From NCBI GenBank assembly GCA_965372395.1, contig CBDVCB010000002.1, positions 975 through 64,974 of the forward strand: a DNA stretch of 64,000 bases, given 5' to 3'. The notes beneath the pieces are model-generated. The model worked only from the letters and a program-made list of their open reading frames with translations, did not search any database and was not told the DNA's origin. This DNA is from an uncultured bacterium (GTDB lineage Bacteria; Verrucomicrobiota; Kiritimatiellia; Kiritimatiellales; Pontiellaceae). The translations under genes and the position numbers were made by a program. Below are positions 26,728 through 37,376 of the stretch, piece by piece (within the stretch, counting starts at the first letter, position 1; every line of letters starts with the position of its first letter).

Positions 26728-27126
26728 CTACCAGATGTAGCAGAGGACTTCGCCTCCGACGTTCTGTTTTCTGGCTTCGTTATCGGTCATAACCCCGGAT
26801 GAGGTGCTCAAAATCGCGACCCCGATTCCACCCAGCACGCGCGGCACCTCGGCCGAAGCCACATATTTGCGGCAGCTTGGCTTGCTGATGCGGCGCAGGC
26901 CCTGAATAACCGGCTCGCGCTCCACCGTGTATTTAAGGAAAACCTTGAGCACGCTCTTTCCGTCCTCGTTTTCCATGGTGTAGTCCTTGATGAAACCTTC
27001 CGATTTCAGCAGGCGTGCGACTTCGCTCTTCATCTTGGAGTGCGGCATCTGCACAATTTTCTTTTCCGCCATATTCGCGTTGCGAATGCGGGTCAACATG
27101 TCAGCAATTGGATCCGTTAAAACCAT
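26728..27126 (-). CDS. rpsH: 30S ribosomal protein S8
   Basis: TDPIADMLTRIRNA, RISKPS.RKY, STSSGVMT, GGEVLCYIW. Confidence 0.98.
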   Translation of the reverse strand: MVLTDPIADMLTRIRNANMAEKKIVQMPHSKMKSEVARLLKSEGFIKDYTMENEDGKSVLKVFLKYTVEREPVIQGLRRISKPSCRKYVASAEVPRVLGGIGVAILSTSSGVMTDNEARKQNVGGEVLCYIW

Positions 27127-27140
27127 TTTAATACCTTCGC

Positions 27141-27689
27141 TTATTGATTGCTTGTTGCAAACGGCATACCCATCAGCGTGAGAAGCTCCTTGGCCTCGCC
27201 ATCGCTCTTGGCGGACGTCACAAACGTGATATCCATGCCATGCACTTTTTTCACCTTGTCCGGGTCGATTTCAGGAAACACGGTTTGCTCCTGCAGCCCC
27301 ATGGAATAGTTGCCCTGCCCGTCGAACGAGCTTGCGGGAATTCCGCGGAAGTCGCGGATGCGTGGCAACGCCACGTTCACGAGACGATCCATGAATTCAT
27401 ACATCTGGTTGCTACGTAGCGTGACCTTGGCGCCGATCGGCATGCCTTCGCGCAGCTTGAAGTTCGAGACGCTGAGCTTCGCCTTGGTGATCACCGGCTT
27501 CTGGCCGGCAATCTTGCCCATGTCGTCGGCCACCGCCTGCAGGGCGTCGCGGTCGTGGGCGGTCGAGACGCATAGGTTCAGCACGATCTTCTCGAGTTTC
27601 GGAACCTGCATCTTGTTCTTGTAGCCCTGGGACTTGACCAGCTCCGGGGCAACAACCTCTTTATACTTTGTTTTCAGTGTTGGGACCAT
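27141..27689 (-). CDS. rplE: 50S ribosomal protein L5
   Basis: [33 protein letters not shown]. Start set at MVPTLK 27689. Confidence 0.97.
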   Translation of the reverse strand: MVPTLKTKYKEVVAPELVKSQGYKNKMQVPKLEKIVLNLCVSTAHDRDALQAVADDMGKIAGQKPVITKAKLSVSNFKLREGMPIGAKVTLRSNQMYEFMDRLVNVALPRIRDFRGIPASSFDGQGNYSMGLQEQTVFPEIDPDKVKKVHGMDITFVTSAKSDGEAKELLTLMGMPFATSNQ

Positions 27690-27728
27690 CGAACCCGTCC
27701 TCCAAAATTCTTGTTCCAACCGGAACGG

Positions 27729-27965
27729 TTACTTAGACACCTTCAGGTTTGAGATCGCGATCGGCGCTTCCATATCCACGACGCCGCCCTGCGGGTTGTC
27801 ATTCGTTTTACTCATATGTTTCTTCACAAAGTTCACCCCTTCAACCAGTGCACGCCCTGACTGAGGAAGTATCTGGAGAACCTTCCCGGATTTGCCTTTG
27901 TCCTCGCCGACGACCACAACAACAGAGTCGCCCTTCTTGATGTGGCATTTTACAACCTTATTCAT
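27729..27965 (-). CDS. rplX: 50S ribosomal protein L24 (short, 78 aa)
   Basis: IKKGD.V.V..G.DKGK.G.V, VEGVN..KKH, EAPI.ISN. Confidence 0.95.
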   Translation of the reverse strand: MNKVVKCHIKKGDSVVVVVGEDKGKSGKVLQILPQSGRALVEGVNFVKKHMSKTNDNPQGGVVDMEAPIAISNLKVSK

Positions 27966-27986
27966 TATAAATCCCTCTCGGTGCGC

Positions 27987-28352
27987 CTACAGCACTTCCG
28001 GCGCAAGCGATACAATCTTCATGTAGTCGGTTTCGCGCAGCTCCCGGGCGACCGGCCCGAAGATACGGGTTCCGCGCGGGTTTCCGGCGTCGTCGATAAT
28101 TACGGCGGCATTGGAATCGAACCGCAGGCAGGAGCCATCCGCCCGGCGGATGGTGCTCTTGGTGCGGACGATCACGGCCTTGCAGAGCTCGCCCTTTTTC
28201 ACAGCCCCGTTGGGTTGCGCTTCTTTAACGGTTACCCGGATCACCTCGCCCACCCGCGCAAATTTGCGCTTGGTGCCTAGGACGCGAATGCACATAACCG
28301 TGCGCGCCCCCGAGTTGTCCGCCACTTTTAAACGTGTTTGTTCCAAAATCAT
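27987..28352 (-). CDS. rplN: 50S ribosomal protein L14
   Basis: [38 protein letters not shown]. Confidence 0.98.
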   Translation of the reverse strand: MILEQTRLKVADNSGARTVMCIRVLGTKRKFARVGEVIRVTVKEAQPNGAVKKGELCKAVIVRTKSTIRRADGSCLRFDSNAAVIIDDAGNPRGTRIFGPVARELRETDYMKIVSLAPEVL

Positions 28353-28363
28353 CGAACTTAACC

Positions 28364-28630
28364 CTATTTGGAGGATTCAGAAATAATGTCCACCAAACGC
28401 CATCGTTTCAGGCGACTCAGCGGGCGGGTTTCCATAACGCGAACAACGTCTCCGACCTTTGCACGGTTTTCTTCGTCGTGTGCATGTACTTTCTTCGACA
28501 CACGGATTTCCTTTCCATAGAGCGGATGGCGAACGCGCCGCTCGATCATGACAACAATCGTCTTGTCGGCCTTGTCGCTGCACACGCGGCCTTCGCGCGT
28601 TTTTCTCAGATGTCTTTTTACCTCTTCCAT
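28364..28630 (-). CDS. rpsQ: 30S ribosomal protein S17
   Basis: [32 protein letters not shown]. Start set at MEEVK 28630. Confidence 0.96.
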   Translation of the reverse strand: MEEVKRHLRKTREGRVCSDKADKTIVVMIERRVRHPLYGKEIRVSKKVHAHDEENRAKVGDVVRVMETRPLSRLKRWRLVDIISESSK

Positions 28631-28634
28631 ACCT

Positions 28635-28826
28635 TTACCCCTCAACTTTCTGGTTCTGGATGGTTCTGATGCGGGCAACCAACCGGCGCAGATCCTTGAT
28701 GCGCACCGGGTTTTCGAGCTGTCCGGAAACCTGTTGCAACTTCAGGTTGAACTGCTCTTTATTGATGTCCTGCAGCTGCTGATCCAGCTCTTCAATCGTC
28801 ATTTCCTTTAGATCTTTTACCTTCAT
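28635..28826 (-). CDS. rpmC: 50S ribosomal protein L29
   Basis: KEQFNLKLQ...GQLENP.RI...RR.VARI.T. Confidence 0.95.
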   Translation of the reverse strand: MKVKDLKEMTIEELDQQLQDINKEQFNLKLQQVSGQLENPVRIKDLRRLVARIRTIQNQKVEG

Positions 28827-28841
28827 ATCGAATCCTGTTGA

Positions 28842-29261
28842 CTAGTCGTGAGTGTGCCGCTGAACAAAGCGGACGCGAACCGGCAGCTTGGTGGCAGCCA
28901 GGCGCAGGCACTCTTTTGCGAGCGACTCCGGCACACCATCGAGTTCGAAAAGCATGGTGCCGGGTTTAATCACGGCAACCCATTGGTCAACAGAGCCCTT
29001 ACCCTTACCCATGCGAACTTCCAGCGGTTTTTTCGTAATCGGTTTATCGGGGAAGATGCGAATCCACAGCTTTCCCTTACGTTTCATAGCGCGGTTGGCC
29101 GCTATGCGGCACGCTTCGATCTGGATCGCGCTGATCCAGCCGCGTTCCAGCGACTGCAGACCGTACTCGCCATAGGCGAGCTGGTTGCCCGTCATCGCGA
29201 GTCCCTTGCGCGAACCGCGCTGGACCTTCCTGAATTTCACTCTTTTTGGCATCAAAGGCAT
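28842..29261 (-). CDS. rplP: 50S ribosomal protein L16
   Basis: [30 protein letters not shown]. Confidence 0.98.
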   Translation of the reverse strand: MPLMPKRVKFRKVQRGSRKGLAMTGNQLAYGEYGLQSLERGWISAIQIEACRIAANRAMKRKGKLWIRIFPDKPITKKPLEVRMGKGKGSVDQWVAVIKPGTMLFELDGVPESLAKECLRLAATKLPVRVRFVQRHTHD

Positions 29262-29272
29262 CGGTCAAACTC

Positions 29273-29905
29273 CTAGGCTTTCGTTTCGGCTTCCTTGCAG
29301 ATCCACACCTTGATTCCGATGATCCCTGCGACGGTATTTGCCTCTGTGGTTCCATAATCGATATTCGCGCGGAGCGTATGCAGCGGAATCTTGCCTTCCT
29401 TATAGCTCTCCGAACGCGCGATTTCCGCTCCGTTGAGACGGCCGGCGACGAGGATCTTGATCCCCAGGGCACCATTGTCCATCGCCATTTGGAGGGCGCG
29501 CTTCATGGCGCGACGGTGGGAAACGCGGCGCTCAAGCTGCATGGCCACGTTCTCGGCCACGAGCTGGGCATCGGCATCCGGCCTCTTCACCTCGGCGATT
29601 TCGATATAGATTTCCTTGCCGGTGCGCTTGGCGAGCACCTCGCGAAGCTTATCGATATCCTCGCCTTTGCGACCGATCACCAAACCCGGGCGCGCCGTCT
29701 TGATGGTTACACGGATGCGGTTGGCATAGCGCTCGATGTAGATGTCCGACACCGCGGCATCCTTCAGGCGGCCTGCGACCAGACTGCGGATTTCGATATC
29801 CTCTTTCAGCAATTTCCCGAAGTCACGCTTGTCGGCGAACCAGCGCGAGCGCCAGTCTTTGTTTAAAGCGAGCCGGAATCCAATTGGATTTACTTTTTGA
29901 CCCAA
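29273..29905 (-). CDS. rpsC: 30S ribosomal protein S3 (TTG start)
   Basis: GQKVNPIGFRL, RPGLVIGRKG, GRLNGAEIAR, PLHTLRANID. Confidence 0.98.
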   Translation of the reverse strand: MGQKVNPIGFRLALNKDWRSRWFADKRDFGKLLKEDIEIRSLVAGRLKDAAVSDIYIERYANRIRVTIKTARPGLVIGRKGEDIDKLREVLAKRTGKEIYIEIAEVKRPDADAQLVAENVAMQLERRVSHRRAMKRALQMAMDNGALGIKILVAGRLNGAEIARSESYKEGKIPLHTLRANIDYGTTEANTVAGIIGIKVWICKEAETKA

Positions 29906-29924
29906 AACGGTCTCCTTTCGTCAA

Positions 29925-30260
29925 CTATGCGTTGTCGGTTAAAATTATGGTTATATGGCTCGTCTTCTTCTGGATCGGACTGGCCATGCCTCTTGCACGG
30001 GGACGGAAACGCTTCTGCATCGGCCCCCCGTCCACGATTGCATTCTTAACATACAGGCTGTCGACCGACAGACCCTCGTTGCTCTCGGCATTCGCGATCG
30101 CCGATTTCAAGGTCTTTCCGATCTGCAGAGCAGCCTTGCGAGCGTTAAACTCGGTAATGCGCAATGCATCCGCAACCGGCAAACCTTTGATTTCGTTTGC
30201 CAAATCGCGCGCCTTGGTGGGCGACATCTTCACATATTTGGTTATTGCTGACACTTCCAT
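29925..30260 (-). CDS. rplV: 50S ribosomal protein L22
   Basis: SP.KAR, LKSAIANAE, RPRARG...I.KKTSHITI. Start set at MEVSA 30260. Confidence 0.96.
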   Translation of the reverse strand: MEVSAITKYVKMSPTKARDLANEIKGLPVADALRITEFNARKAALQIGKTLKSAIANAESNEGLSVDSLYVKNAIVDGGPMQKRFRPRARGMASPIQKKTSHITIILTDNA

Positions 30261-30351
30261 AGTGTTCTCACTCTCAATTATGTCCACGACGTATAAAGGG
30301 CGGACAGTCTACGGTTTTGGTTTTTAAAATCCAGTATTTCCTTCAAAAAAA

Positions 30352-30630
30352 TTATTTGGCGGTCTTTTCCGTTGCCATGCCGTGGGTTCTGAAACCGCGG
30401 GTCGGCGAAAACTCGCCCAGTTTATGGCCTACCATGTTCTCGGTAACGAAAACAGGAACGAAAACCTTGCCGTTGTGTACATTGAAGGTGTGCCCCACGA
30501 ATTCCGGAACAATCATGGTGCCGCGCGACCAGGTTTTGATCGGCGACTTGCGTCCCGAATCATCCATCTTCCTGACTTTCTTCAGCAGCTTGCCATCAAC
30601 GAAAGGACCTTTTCTCAGTGAACGTGCCAT
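30352..30630 (-). CDS. rpsS: 30S ribosomal protein S19
   Basis: [30 protein letters not shown]. Confidence 0.98.
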   Translation of the reverse strand: MARSLRKGPFVDGKLLKKVRKMDDSGRKSPIKTWSRGTMIVPEFVGHTFNVHNGKVFVPVFVTENMVGHKLGEFSPTRGFRTHGMATEKTAK

Positions 30631-30632
30631 AA

Positions 30633-31460
30633 CTATTTCTTCCTCCGCTCGACGATGTATTTGTTGGTCGCTTTATGCTTGTTGCGGGTACGCTTGCCTT
30701 TCGCCAGCAGACCCCACGGGGATTGCGGGTGGCCACCCCCGGAGGTGCGGCCCTCGCCGCCACCCATCGGGTGGTCAACCGGGTTCATCGCCACACCGCG
30801 AACGGTCGGGCGGATGCCCAGCCAGCGCTTGCGGCCAGCCTTGCCCATCACGATGCTGCTGTGGTCCACATTGCCGACGCGACCCATGGTGGCCATGCAG
30901 TTGGTGCGGATCAGGCGGATTTCGCCGGACGGCATCTTGATGTGCGCATACTCATCTTCGCGCGACATGAGTTGCGCGGAGGTTCCTGCCGAGCGAACCA
31001 GCTGGCCTCCGCGACCGGCGATCAACTCGATATTGTGCACCGCCGAACCCACCGGAATTTTTCCGAGCGGCAGGGCGTTGCCCACGGAAGGTTCCGCATC
31101 GGGACCCGACAGAACGGTGGAACCCACCTCTAGCCCGGACGGGGCGATGATGTAGCGCTTTTCGCCGTCTGCATAGTGCAGCAGGGCGATACGCGCGGAA
31201 CGGTTCGGATCGTACTCGATCGAGGCAACCTTGGCGGGAATGCCAAACTTGTCGCGCTTGAAGTCCATCGTGCGGTAGCGGCGCTTATGGCCTCCACCCT
31301 TGTGGCGAACCGAAATGCGGCCTGCGCTGTTGCGCCCGGCATTGCTCTTCTTGCCCTTGAGCAGCGAGCGCTCGGGGGCCGACTTGGTAATGTCGGCGAA
31401 GTCGGACAACACCATGTGCCGGCGGCTTGGCGTGTACGGTTTATGTGATTTCAAACCCAT
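30633..31460 (-). CDS. rplB: 50S ribosomal protein L2
   Basis: [35 protein letters not shown]. Confidence 0.98.
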   Translation of the reverse strand: MGLKSHKPYTPSRRHMVLSDFADITKSAPERSLLKGKKSNAGRNSAGRISVRHKGGGHKRRYRTMDFKRDKFGIPAKVASIEYDPNRSARIALLHYADGEKRYIIAPSGLEVGSTVLSGPDAEPSVGNALPLGKIPVGSAVHNIELIAGRGGQLVRSAGTSAQLMSREDEYAHIKMPSGEIRLIRTNCMATMGRVGNVDHSSIVMGKAGRKRWLGIRPTVRGVAMNPVDHPMGGGEGRTSGGGHPQSPWGLLAKGKRTRNKHKATNKYIVERRKK

Positions 31461-31473
31461 TGCGGTAAACTCC

Positions 31474-31758
31474 TTAGATCAGATTAATACTGTCTTCTTC
31501 ATGCAACGTCACCACCGCACGCTTCCACGAAGCGGTCGCTCCATAACTGGCCGTGCGAGCGCGCTTTTTCTTGCCTTTTCGGCGCATCGTATTGACGGCC
31601 ATAACACGGACATTGAAAAGCTCTTCCACGGCCTTCTTGATTTCCATCTTGTTGGCTTCCTTGGCCACGCGGAACAGGTACTTGTTCTGCTCGTCCGAAA
31701 GGCGCGTGCCTTTTTCCGTCAACAAAATCTTCTTAATTACATCAGCTGAATTCTTCAT
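31474..31758 (-). CDS. rplW: 50S ribosomal protein L23
   Basis: [32 protein letters not shown]. Confidence 0.97.
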   Translation of the reverse strand: MKNSADVIKKILLTEKGTRLSDEQNKYLFRVAKEANKMEIKKAVEELFNVRVMAVNTMRRKGKKKRARTASYGATASWKRAVVTLHEEDSINLI

Positions 31759-31771
31759 ATCGTCGTTTCCT

Positions 31772-32395
31772 TTACGCCAGGCGGTTTTCCAGCGCTTCCA
31801 TGCCGGCCTTAGTCACGATCACGTTCTTGTAGCGAAGTAGCTGGTAGGTATTGGCCAGCGCCGCCGTGACGACTTCAACTTTCGGAATGTTCCGCGAGGC
31901 CAGCTGCACGTTTTCGGTGTTGCTCTCGACAATGAACAAGCCGCCGCGATCCAGACCGAGGCCCTTGAGGACGGAAACGAATTCCTTCGTTTTCGGTGTC
32001 GTCAAAGCTAAATTTTCGATCACGGTGATTTCGCCCTGGTCCACCTTGGCGCTGAACGCGCGCTGGAAGGCCAGCTTGGTGACTTTCTTGGAAAGCTTCT
32101 TCTTGTACTTGCGCGGGTGCGGGCCGTGGGCCACGGCACCGCCGCGCCATATGGGCGATTGCTTGTAGCCGGCACGTGCGCGGCCAAGACCCTTTTGCTT
32201 CCAGGGCTTGGCACCGGTGCCGGATACGTTGGACTTGCTCTTGGTCGATGCCGTGCCTGCCCGTTGGTGCGCATTGTATGCCACCACGGCTTCGTGCACG
32301 GCCTGTTCGCCCTTATCGAGAACGAGAAGGCTGTCCGCGATTTCGTACTCGCCGACGCTCTCTCCCTTAATGCTTTTAAAAGGTATTTTGCTCAT
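31772..32395 (-). CDS. rplD: 50S ribosomal protein L4
   Basis: RAGTASTK, KPWKQKGLGRAR.G, WRGGAVAHGP.PR. Confidence 0.97.
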   Translation of the reverse strand: MSKIPFKSIKGESVGEYEIADSLLVLDKGEQAVHEAVVAYNAHQRAGTASTKSKSNVSGTGAKPWKQKGLGRARAGYKQSPIWRGGAVAHGPHPRKYKKKLSKKVTKLAFQRAFSAKVDQGEITVIENLALTTPKTKEFVSVLKGLGLDRGGLFIVESNTENVQLASRNIPKVEVVTAALANTYQLLRYKNVIVTKAGMEALENRLA

Positions 32396-32407
32396 GATCT
32401 TCCTCGT

Positions 32408-33037
32408 TTACTTCTTTTTGAGCGCTTCCTTGATCACCACGATGCCCCCGGTCGCGCCAGGCACGGAGCCCTTGACGAGAATCAGGTTTTCTTCGGGACG
32501 AACCTGGATGATTCTAAGATTCTGGGTCGTAACGCGCTTGTCGCCCATTTGGCCCGGCATTTTCTTGCCTTTGAACACACGGCCAGGAAACTCGCACATT
32601 CCGATGGAACCCGGCCGGCGGAGCCATCCACCACCGTGGCTCGCGCGGCCACCAGCAAAGTTGTAGCGCTTGACGACCCCCTGGAACCCGCGGCCCTTGC
32701 CGGTGGCGACAATATCGACGTAGTTGACTTCTTCGAAAACACTGGCGTTGATTACATCGCCCACCGTCACTTCCTCGGACTCATCCACATGGATTTCGCG
32801 AAGAATACGCTTGGCGGAAACGCCTGCCTTTTTGAAATGGCCCTGTGTCGGCTTGTTTACGCGTTGCTCCTTCTGATCCTCGAACCCAAGCTGCACCGCC
32901 GAATAGCCTTCTTTGCTGCTGTTCTTTTGCTGAACCACAACGCAAGGACCCGCTTCGATGACCGTCACCGGCACAGCAGCACCGGTTTCGTCGTAGACCG
33001 AGGTCATCCCTAGTTTTTTTCCAATTAAACCCTTCAT
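32408..33037 (-). CDS. rplC: 50S ribosomal protein L3
   Basis: GKKLGMT, PVTVIEAGP, KGRGFQGVVKR, GRVFKGKKMPGQMG. Confidence 0.98.
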   Translation of the reverse strand: MKGLIGKKLGMTSVYDETGAAVPVTVIEAGPCVVVQQKNSSKEGYSAVQLGFEDQKEQRVNKPTQGHFKKAGVSAKRILREIHVDESEEVTVGDVINASVFEEVNYVDIVATGKGRGFQGVVKRYNFAGGRASHGGGWLRRPGSIGMCEFPGRVFKGKKMPGQMGDKRVTTQNLRIIQVRPEENLILVKGSVPGATGGIVVIKEALKKK

Positions 33038-33048
33038 AACAGCACCAC

Positions 33049-33357
33049 TTAGATTTTGATGGTGATATCCACACCCGCCGGCAGATTAAGCTTTTTCAGT
33101 TCGTCGACCGTCTTGATCGTCGGGTCGATAATGTCCAGCAGACGCTTGTGCGTGCGGATCTCGAACTGCTCCATGGACTTCTTGTTCACGTGCGGACTCT
33201 TGTTCACCGTGAACCGCTCAATGCGGGTCGGCAACGGAATCGGACCTGCCACGCGGGCACCCGTACGGCGGGCCGTTTCCACAATCTCCGTGGCTGAAAC
33301 GTCGAGCACCCTGTGGTCAAACGACTTCAACCGAATTCTAATACGTTGATTCTTCAT
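33049..33357 (-). CDS. rpsJ: 30S ribosomal protein S10
   Basis: [28 protein letters not shown]. Confidence 0.98.
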   Translation of the reverse strand: MKNQRIRIRLKSFDHRVLDVSATEIVETARRTGARVAGPIPLPTRIERFTVNKSPHVNKKSMEQFEIRTHKRLLDIIDPTIKTVDELKKLNLPAGVDITIKI

Positions 33358-33365
33358 AATTTATC

Positions 33366-35501
33366 TCACCGATTGAGGATAGAGTCCTGCATGGACGCGG
33401 GAACCGGATCAAACGCTTGCGGTTCCATCGTATAGCTCGCCCTACCCTTTGTTAATGAACGCAACGACGTTGCATATCCAAAAACCTCCGCAAGCGGAAC
33501 ATCCGCCTGCACAACTTGTACATCTCTCAAAGCCTTGATTTCGCGGACGCGGCCGCGGCGGGAACTCAGGTCGCCCAGCACATCGCCGAGGTGTTCCTCC
33601 GGCGTATCGATCTCGAGCAGCATGACCGGCTCGAGCAGCGTGGGACTGGAATGGGCCACCGCATCGCGCAACGCCATAACGGCGGCGGAACGGAAGGCCA
33701 TTTCCGTGGAATCAACCGCGCGTGTTTCGCCGCCGACCACTTTCACCTCTATGTCGATGATTGCAAAGTTTCCGAGAACACCGGTTAAAAGCGCATCATT
33801 GATCCCCGCTTCGATCGCTGTCCGGTATTCCTGCGGGATAATGCTGGATGAGACATCGAACACGACGGTATTGCCCGCACCTTGCGGCTTCGGGGCAACC
33901 TGGAGGTGCAAACTTGCAAAATGGGAAGTGCCGCCGATTTCGCGGTCGAAAGTAAAGTTTCCGGTTCCGGTTTTCAGCACGCTTTCGCGGTACGCCACCA
34001 TCGGCCGTCCGGCATTGGCCTTCACGTTGTATTCGCGCAGGATGCGGTCCTTGATGATTTCAAGGTGAAGCTCGCCCATCCCTTGGATGATCGTCTGCCC
34101 CGTCTCCTCGTTGATCGAAATATGGAAAGTGGGATCCTCGGCGGAAAGGTCGTTCAGCGCGTCGACGAGATGATCCTTGTCGGCCGTGGTCTTCGGCTCG
34201 ATGGCCATGGAGATCACCGGTTCGGGAAACTCGATGTTTTCCAGAACGATCGCGTCGTTCTCCGCACAGACGGTATCGCCGGTAGTGAAGAGCTTTTGTC
34301 CGGCCATGCCGCCGATTTCGCCGGCGTAGAGCACGTCCACATCTTCGCGATGGTTGGCATGCAGCCGCAGGAGACGGCCTACGCGCTCGCGCTTGCGGGT
34401 GCGGGGATTGTAGATGTTCTGCCCTTTTTTCAACTGGCCGGAATAGATGCGGACAAAGGCCAGTTTGCCGACATACTTGTCGGTCGCCATTTTGAAAACG
34501 AGACCGCTCAGCGGCTCGAAGTCGCTGGCTTCGCGCACGACTTCCTCTTCCGACTTCATCGCAAGGCCCGTTACGGCGGGGATGTCGATCGGTGAGGGGA
34601 GATAGGCCACCACGGAGTCTAGCAGGGGCTGGACGCCTTTGTTCTTCAGCGAAGATCCGCAGAGGACGGGAACCAGCTGGCTGGCGATGGTCGTGCGGCG
34701 GATGGCCGCCATCAGGGCCTTTTCGGAAACATCGGTGTTTTCCATGTAGGCTTCGAGCAGTTCCTCGTCGAGTTCGGCCACGCGCTCAATAAGGACGGCG
34801 CGGGCCTCCTCGGCCTTGGCGGCCAGTTCGACGGGAATATCGATGTGTTCAACCTCGGATCCAAGCGTGTCTTCCTTAAAGGTCATTGCCCGCATCGTGA
34901 TCAAGTCGACCACGCCGGAAAAATCGTCGGAAGCACCCCATGGAATCTGAATCGGAACGGCGGGGGCGGCGAGTTTTTCGCGCAGTTGTTTAACTACGGA
35001 GTCAAAGTCGGCTCCCATGCGGTCCATCTTGTTGACGAATGCCAGGCACGGAACGTTGTATTTCTTGGCTTGGCGCCAAACGGTTTCGGACTGCGGCTGA
35101 ACGCCGCCGACTGCACAGAAAACGCCCACTGCGCCGTCTAGGACGCGAAGCGAGCGCTCAACCTCCACGGTGAAATCCACGTGGCCGGGTGTGTCGATGA
35201 TATTGATTTGGTGGGCGTTCCAAAAACAGGTGGTCGCCGCACTGGTGATGGTGATGCCGCGTTCCTGCTCCTGAATCATCCAATCCATCGTGGCGGTGCC
35301 ATCGTGCACCTCCCCGATTTTGTGGACTTTACCGGTATAGTAGAGGATGCGCTCCGAGGTCGTCGTTTTGCCGGCATCGATATGCGCAATGATTCCAATG
35401 TTGCGAATCGCAGACATGGTGCGGCCGCGACCCTCGGCTTCCCGGGGGGAATCCGAAGTCCTTGCTTCACTTTTATTCTGCTGTTTCACAACGGTAGGCA
35501 T
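33366..35501 (-). CDS. fusA: Elongation factor G, divergent in domain IV
   Basis: [33 protein letters not shown]; follows rpsG. Start probably ATG 35501. Confidence 0.93.
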   Translation of the reverse strand: MPTVVKQQNKSEARTSDSPREAEGRGRTMSAIRNIGIIAHIDAGKTTTSERILYYTGKVHKIGEVHDGTATMDWMIQEQERGITITSAATTCFWNAHQINIIDTPGHVDFTVEVERSLRVLDGAVGVFCAVGGVQPQSETVWRQAKKYNVPCLAFVNKMDRMGADFDSVVKQLREKLAAPAVPIQIPWGASDDFSGVVDLITMRAMTFKEDTLGSEVEHIDIPVELAAKAEEARAVLIERVAELDEELLEAYMENTDVSEKALMAAIRRTTIASQLVPVLCGSSLKNKGVQPLLDSVVAYLPSPIDIPAVTGLAMKSEEEVVREASDFEPLSGLVFKMATDKYVGKLAFVRIYSGQLKKGQNIYNPRTRKRERVGRLLRLHANHREDVDVLYAGEIGGMAGQKLFTTGDTVCAENDAIVLENIEFPEPVISMAIEPKTTADKDHLVDALNDLSAEDPTFHISINEETGQTIIQGMGELHLEIIKDRILREYNVKANAGRPMVAYRESVLKTGTGNFTFDREIGGTSHFASLHLQVAPKPQGAGNTVVFDVSSSIIPQEYRTAIEAGINDALLTGVLGNFAIIDIEVKVVGGETRAVDSTEMAFRSAAVMALRDAVAHSSPTLLEPVMLLEIDTPEEHLGDVLGDLSSRRGRVREIKALRDVQVVQADVPLAEVFGYATSLRSLTKGRASYTMEPQAFDPVPASMQDSILNR

Positions 35502-35531
35502 TCTCTTTTCCAAGTGAATTGGGATTGGGTA

Positions 35532-36005
35532 TTACCAGCGGTAATGCGCAAAAGCCTTGTTGGCCTGGGCCATCTTATGCGTGTCGTCGCGCTTTTTGAT
35601 CGCGTTTCCTTGTCCGCGATAGGCATCCATCAGCTCCATGGCCAGCGCACGACGCATCGGAACACCGCGACGGTTTCCGGAAAGCTGGATCAACCAACGA
35701 ACGGCCAAGGCAATCTGGCGCTTGGGTTTGACTTCCAGCGGAACCTGGTAGGTTGCACCACCCACTCGACGGGATTTTACTTCCAGACGGGGGGAAACGT
35801 TGATAACCGCCTGCGTGAACACTTCGATTGGATCTTCATCCTTCATCTGGCTCTTGATATCTTCGATCGCACCATAGACAATCTTCGCGGCGGTGGCCTT
35901 CTTGCCACGGCACATTACGGCGTTGATCATGTACGAAACCATCTCGTTTCCATAACGGGGATCCGGGATCAGTTTCCTTTGTTCAGCTCTACGTCTTCTT
36001 GCCAT
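35532..36005 (-). CDS. rpsG: 30S ribosomal protein S7
   Basis: PDPRY, GKKA.A..IVY, SRRVGGATYQVP, HKMAQANKAFAHYRW. Confidence 0.98.
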   Translation of the reverse strand: MARRRRAEQRKLIPDPRYGNEMVSYMINAVMCRGKKATAAKIVYGAIEDIKSQMKDEDPIEVFTQAVINVSPRLEVKSRRVGGATYQVPLEVKPKRQIALAVRWLIQLSGNRRGVPMRRALAMELMDAYRGQGNAIKKRDDTHKMAQANKAFAHYRW

Positions 36006-36024
36006 AGTTCAAACTCTCGTTAGC

Positions 36025-36396
36025 TTATTTAGGTCTCTTTGCACCATACTTCGAACGTCCGCGCTTGCGTCCATCCACTCCGAGGCAGTCCAGCGCACCG
36101 CGAACAATGTGGTAGCGGACACCCGGCAAGTCTTTCACCCTGCCGCCGCGAACCAGCACCATGCTATGCTCCTGAAGATTGTGGCCTTCGCCCGGAATAT
36201 ATGCGTTGATTTCTTTTCCGTTCGTCAGACGAACACGCGCAACCTTGCGCAAAGCCGAGTTCGGCTTTTTCGGGGTCTGCGTCTTCACAAGCAGACATAC
36301 CCCCCGACGCTGCGGGCAGGTTGTCAGTGCGGGCGAATTGCTTTTCTTCTTCGCAACCGCACGCGGATTTCTCACTAGTTGATTAATTGTCGGCAT
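36025..36396 (-). CDS. rpsL: 30S ribosomal protein S12
   Basis: [32 protein letters not shown]. Start at 36396. Confidence 0.98.
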   Translation of the reverse strand: MPTINQLVRNPRAVAKKKSNSPALTTCPQRRGVCLLVKTQTPKKPNSALRKVARVRLTNGKEINAYIPGEGHNLQEHSMVLVRGGRVKDLPGVRYHIVRGALDCLGVDGRKRGRSKYGAKRPK

Positions 36397-36674
36397 AAAC
36401 ATCCCTTCCTTAAAAAAGACAAGCGCAGGACAATAGTCGTCCCGCACACGTTCCGCAAGCGAAAGATTTAACTTTATTCAAATGTTTCCACCTTCCGAGC
36501 TTCTCGCGGCGATCAATGATTGCGCCACACTCCACAACGAAATTCATGGAAAAGGCGACACCATAGAGAACCCTTGTCCAAAATCCAGACAAATCTCCCG
36601 GAAAATTACAACAAGCTGCCGCCAAGCCCAGCGGAGGCCTATGGCCTTGCCTACAGTCCCGCCAATAACCAGCC

Positions 36675-37376
36675 TCATTTTAACTTGAATGCCCACCAAT
36701 CCGATCCCCTTGGATATGGGGCTTGAATGGTGATGGGTTCGCGGGTGGTGGGGTGCGTCACTTCCAGCCGGGCGTGGTGCAACGCGATATCTTTCCGCTT
36801 TGAACCCTGCCGTGCACCATATTTTTCGTCGCCCGCAACCGGGAGGCCAATAGCGGAGAGCTGCGCTCGGATCTGGTGGTAGCGGCCGGTTTCGAGATCG
36901 ATTTCGAGCAGGGTCAGTTTGCCGAGTCGCTTGAGCGTCCGGTAGCGAAGCACGGCGCGTTGCGCTCCCTTTTCACCTTCGCGGCAAACCTCGGCGCGGT
37001 GGTGTTCGTGCGACAGCCAGTGGATCAGCTCGGCTTCCGGCTTTTCCGGCGCGCCTTCGACCAGGGCATGATAGATCTTCCTGCAGTTGCGCTGGCGGAT
37101 ATCCTCGTTGAGGCGGGTAAGCGCCTTGCTGGTGCGGGCAAAGAGGACGATGCCGCTGACGGCCTTGTCGATCCGGTGCACCGCATTGAGGAAGACGTTG
37201 CCTTCCTTGTTCTTGTCGACCCGCACCCATTCGCGCGCCCAGTCCTCCATGTTCCGCAAACCGGTGCCGCTGTCCTGCGTCAGCAACCCCGCCGGTTTAT
37301 TGACCGCCAGCAAATGGTTGTCCACATGAAGGATCAGCGGAGCCAGCTCGGCAGCGTTGTATGGATTGGTTCCCAT
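36675..37376 (-). CDS. RluA family pseudouridine synthase
   Basis: VNKPAGL, VHRIDKAVSG (catalytic Asp), TGRYHQIR.QLS.IG.PV.GD.KY. Real start is ATG 37376 (TGATG coupling), not the 450-aa ORF start. Confidence 0.92.
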   Translation of the reverse strand: MGTNPYNAAELAPLILHVDNHLLAVNKPAGLLTQDSGTGLRNMEDWAREWVRVDKNKEGNVFLNAVHRIDKAVSGIVLFARTSKALTRLNEDIRQRNCRKIYHALVEGAPEKPEAELIHWLSHEHHRAEVCREGEKGAQRAVLRYRTLKRLGKLTLLEIDLETGRYHQIRAQLSAIGLPVAGDEKYGARQGSKRKDIALHHARLEVTHPTTREPITIQAPYPRGSDWWAFKLK

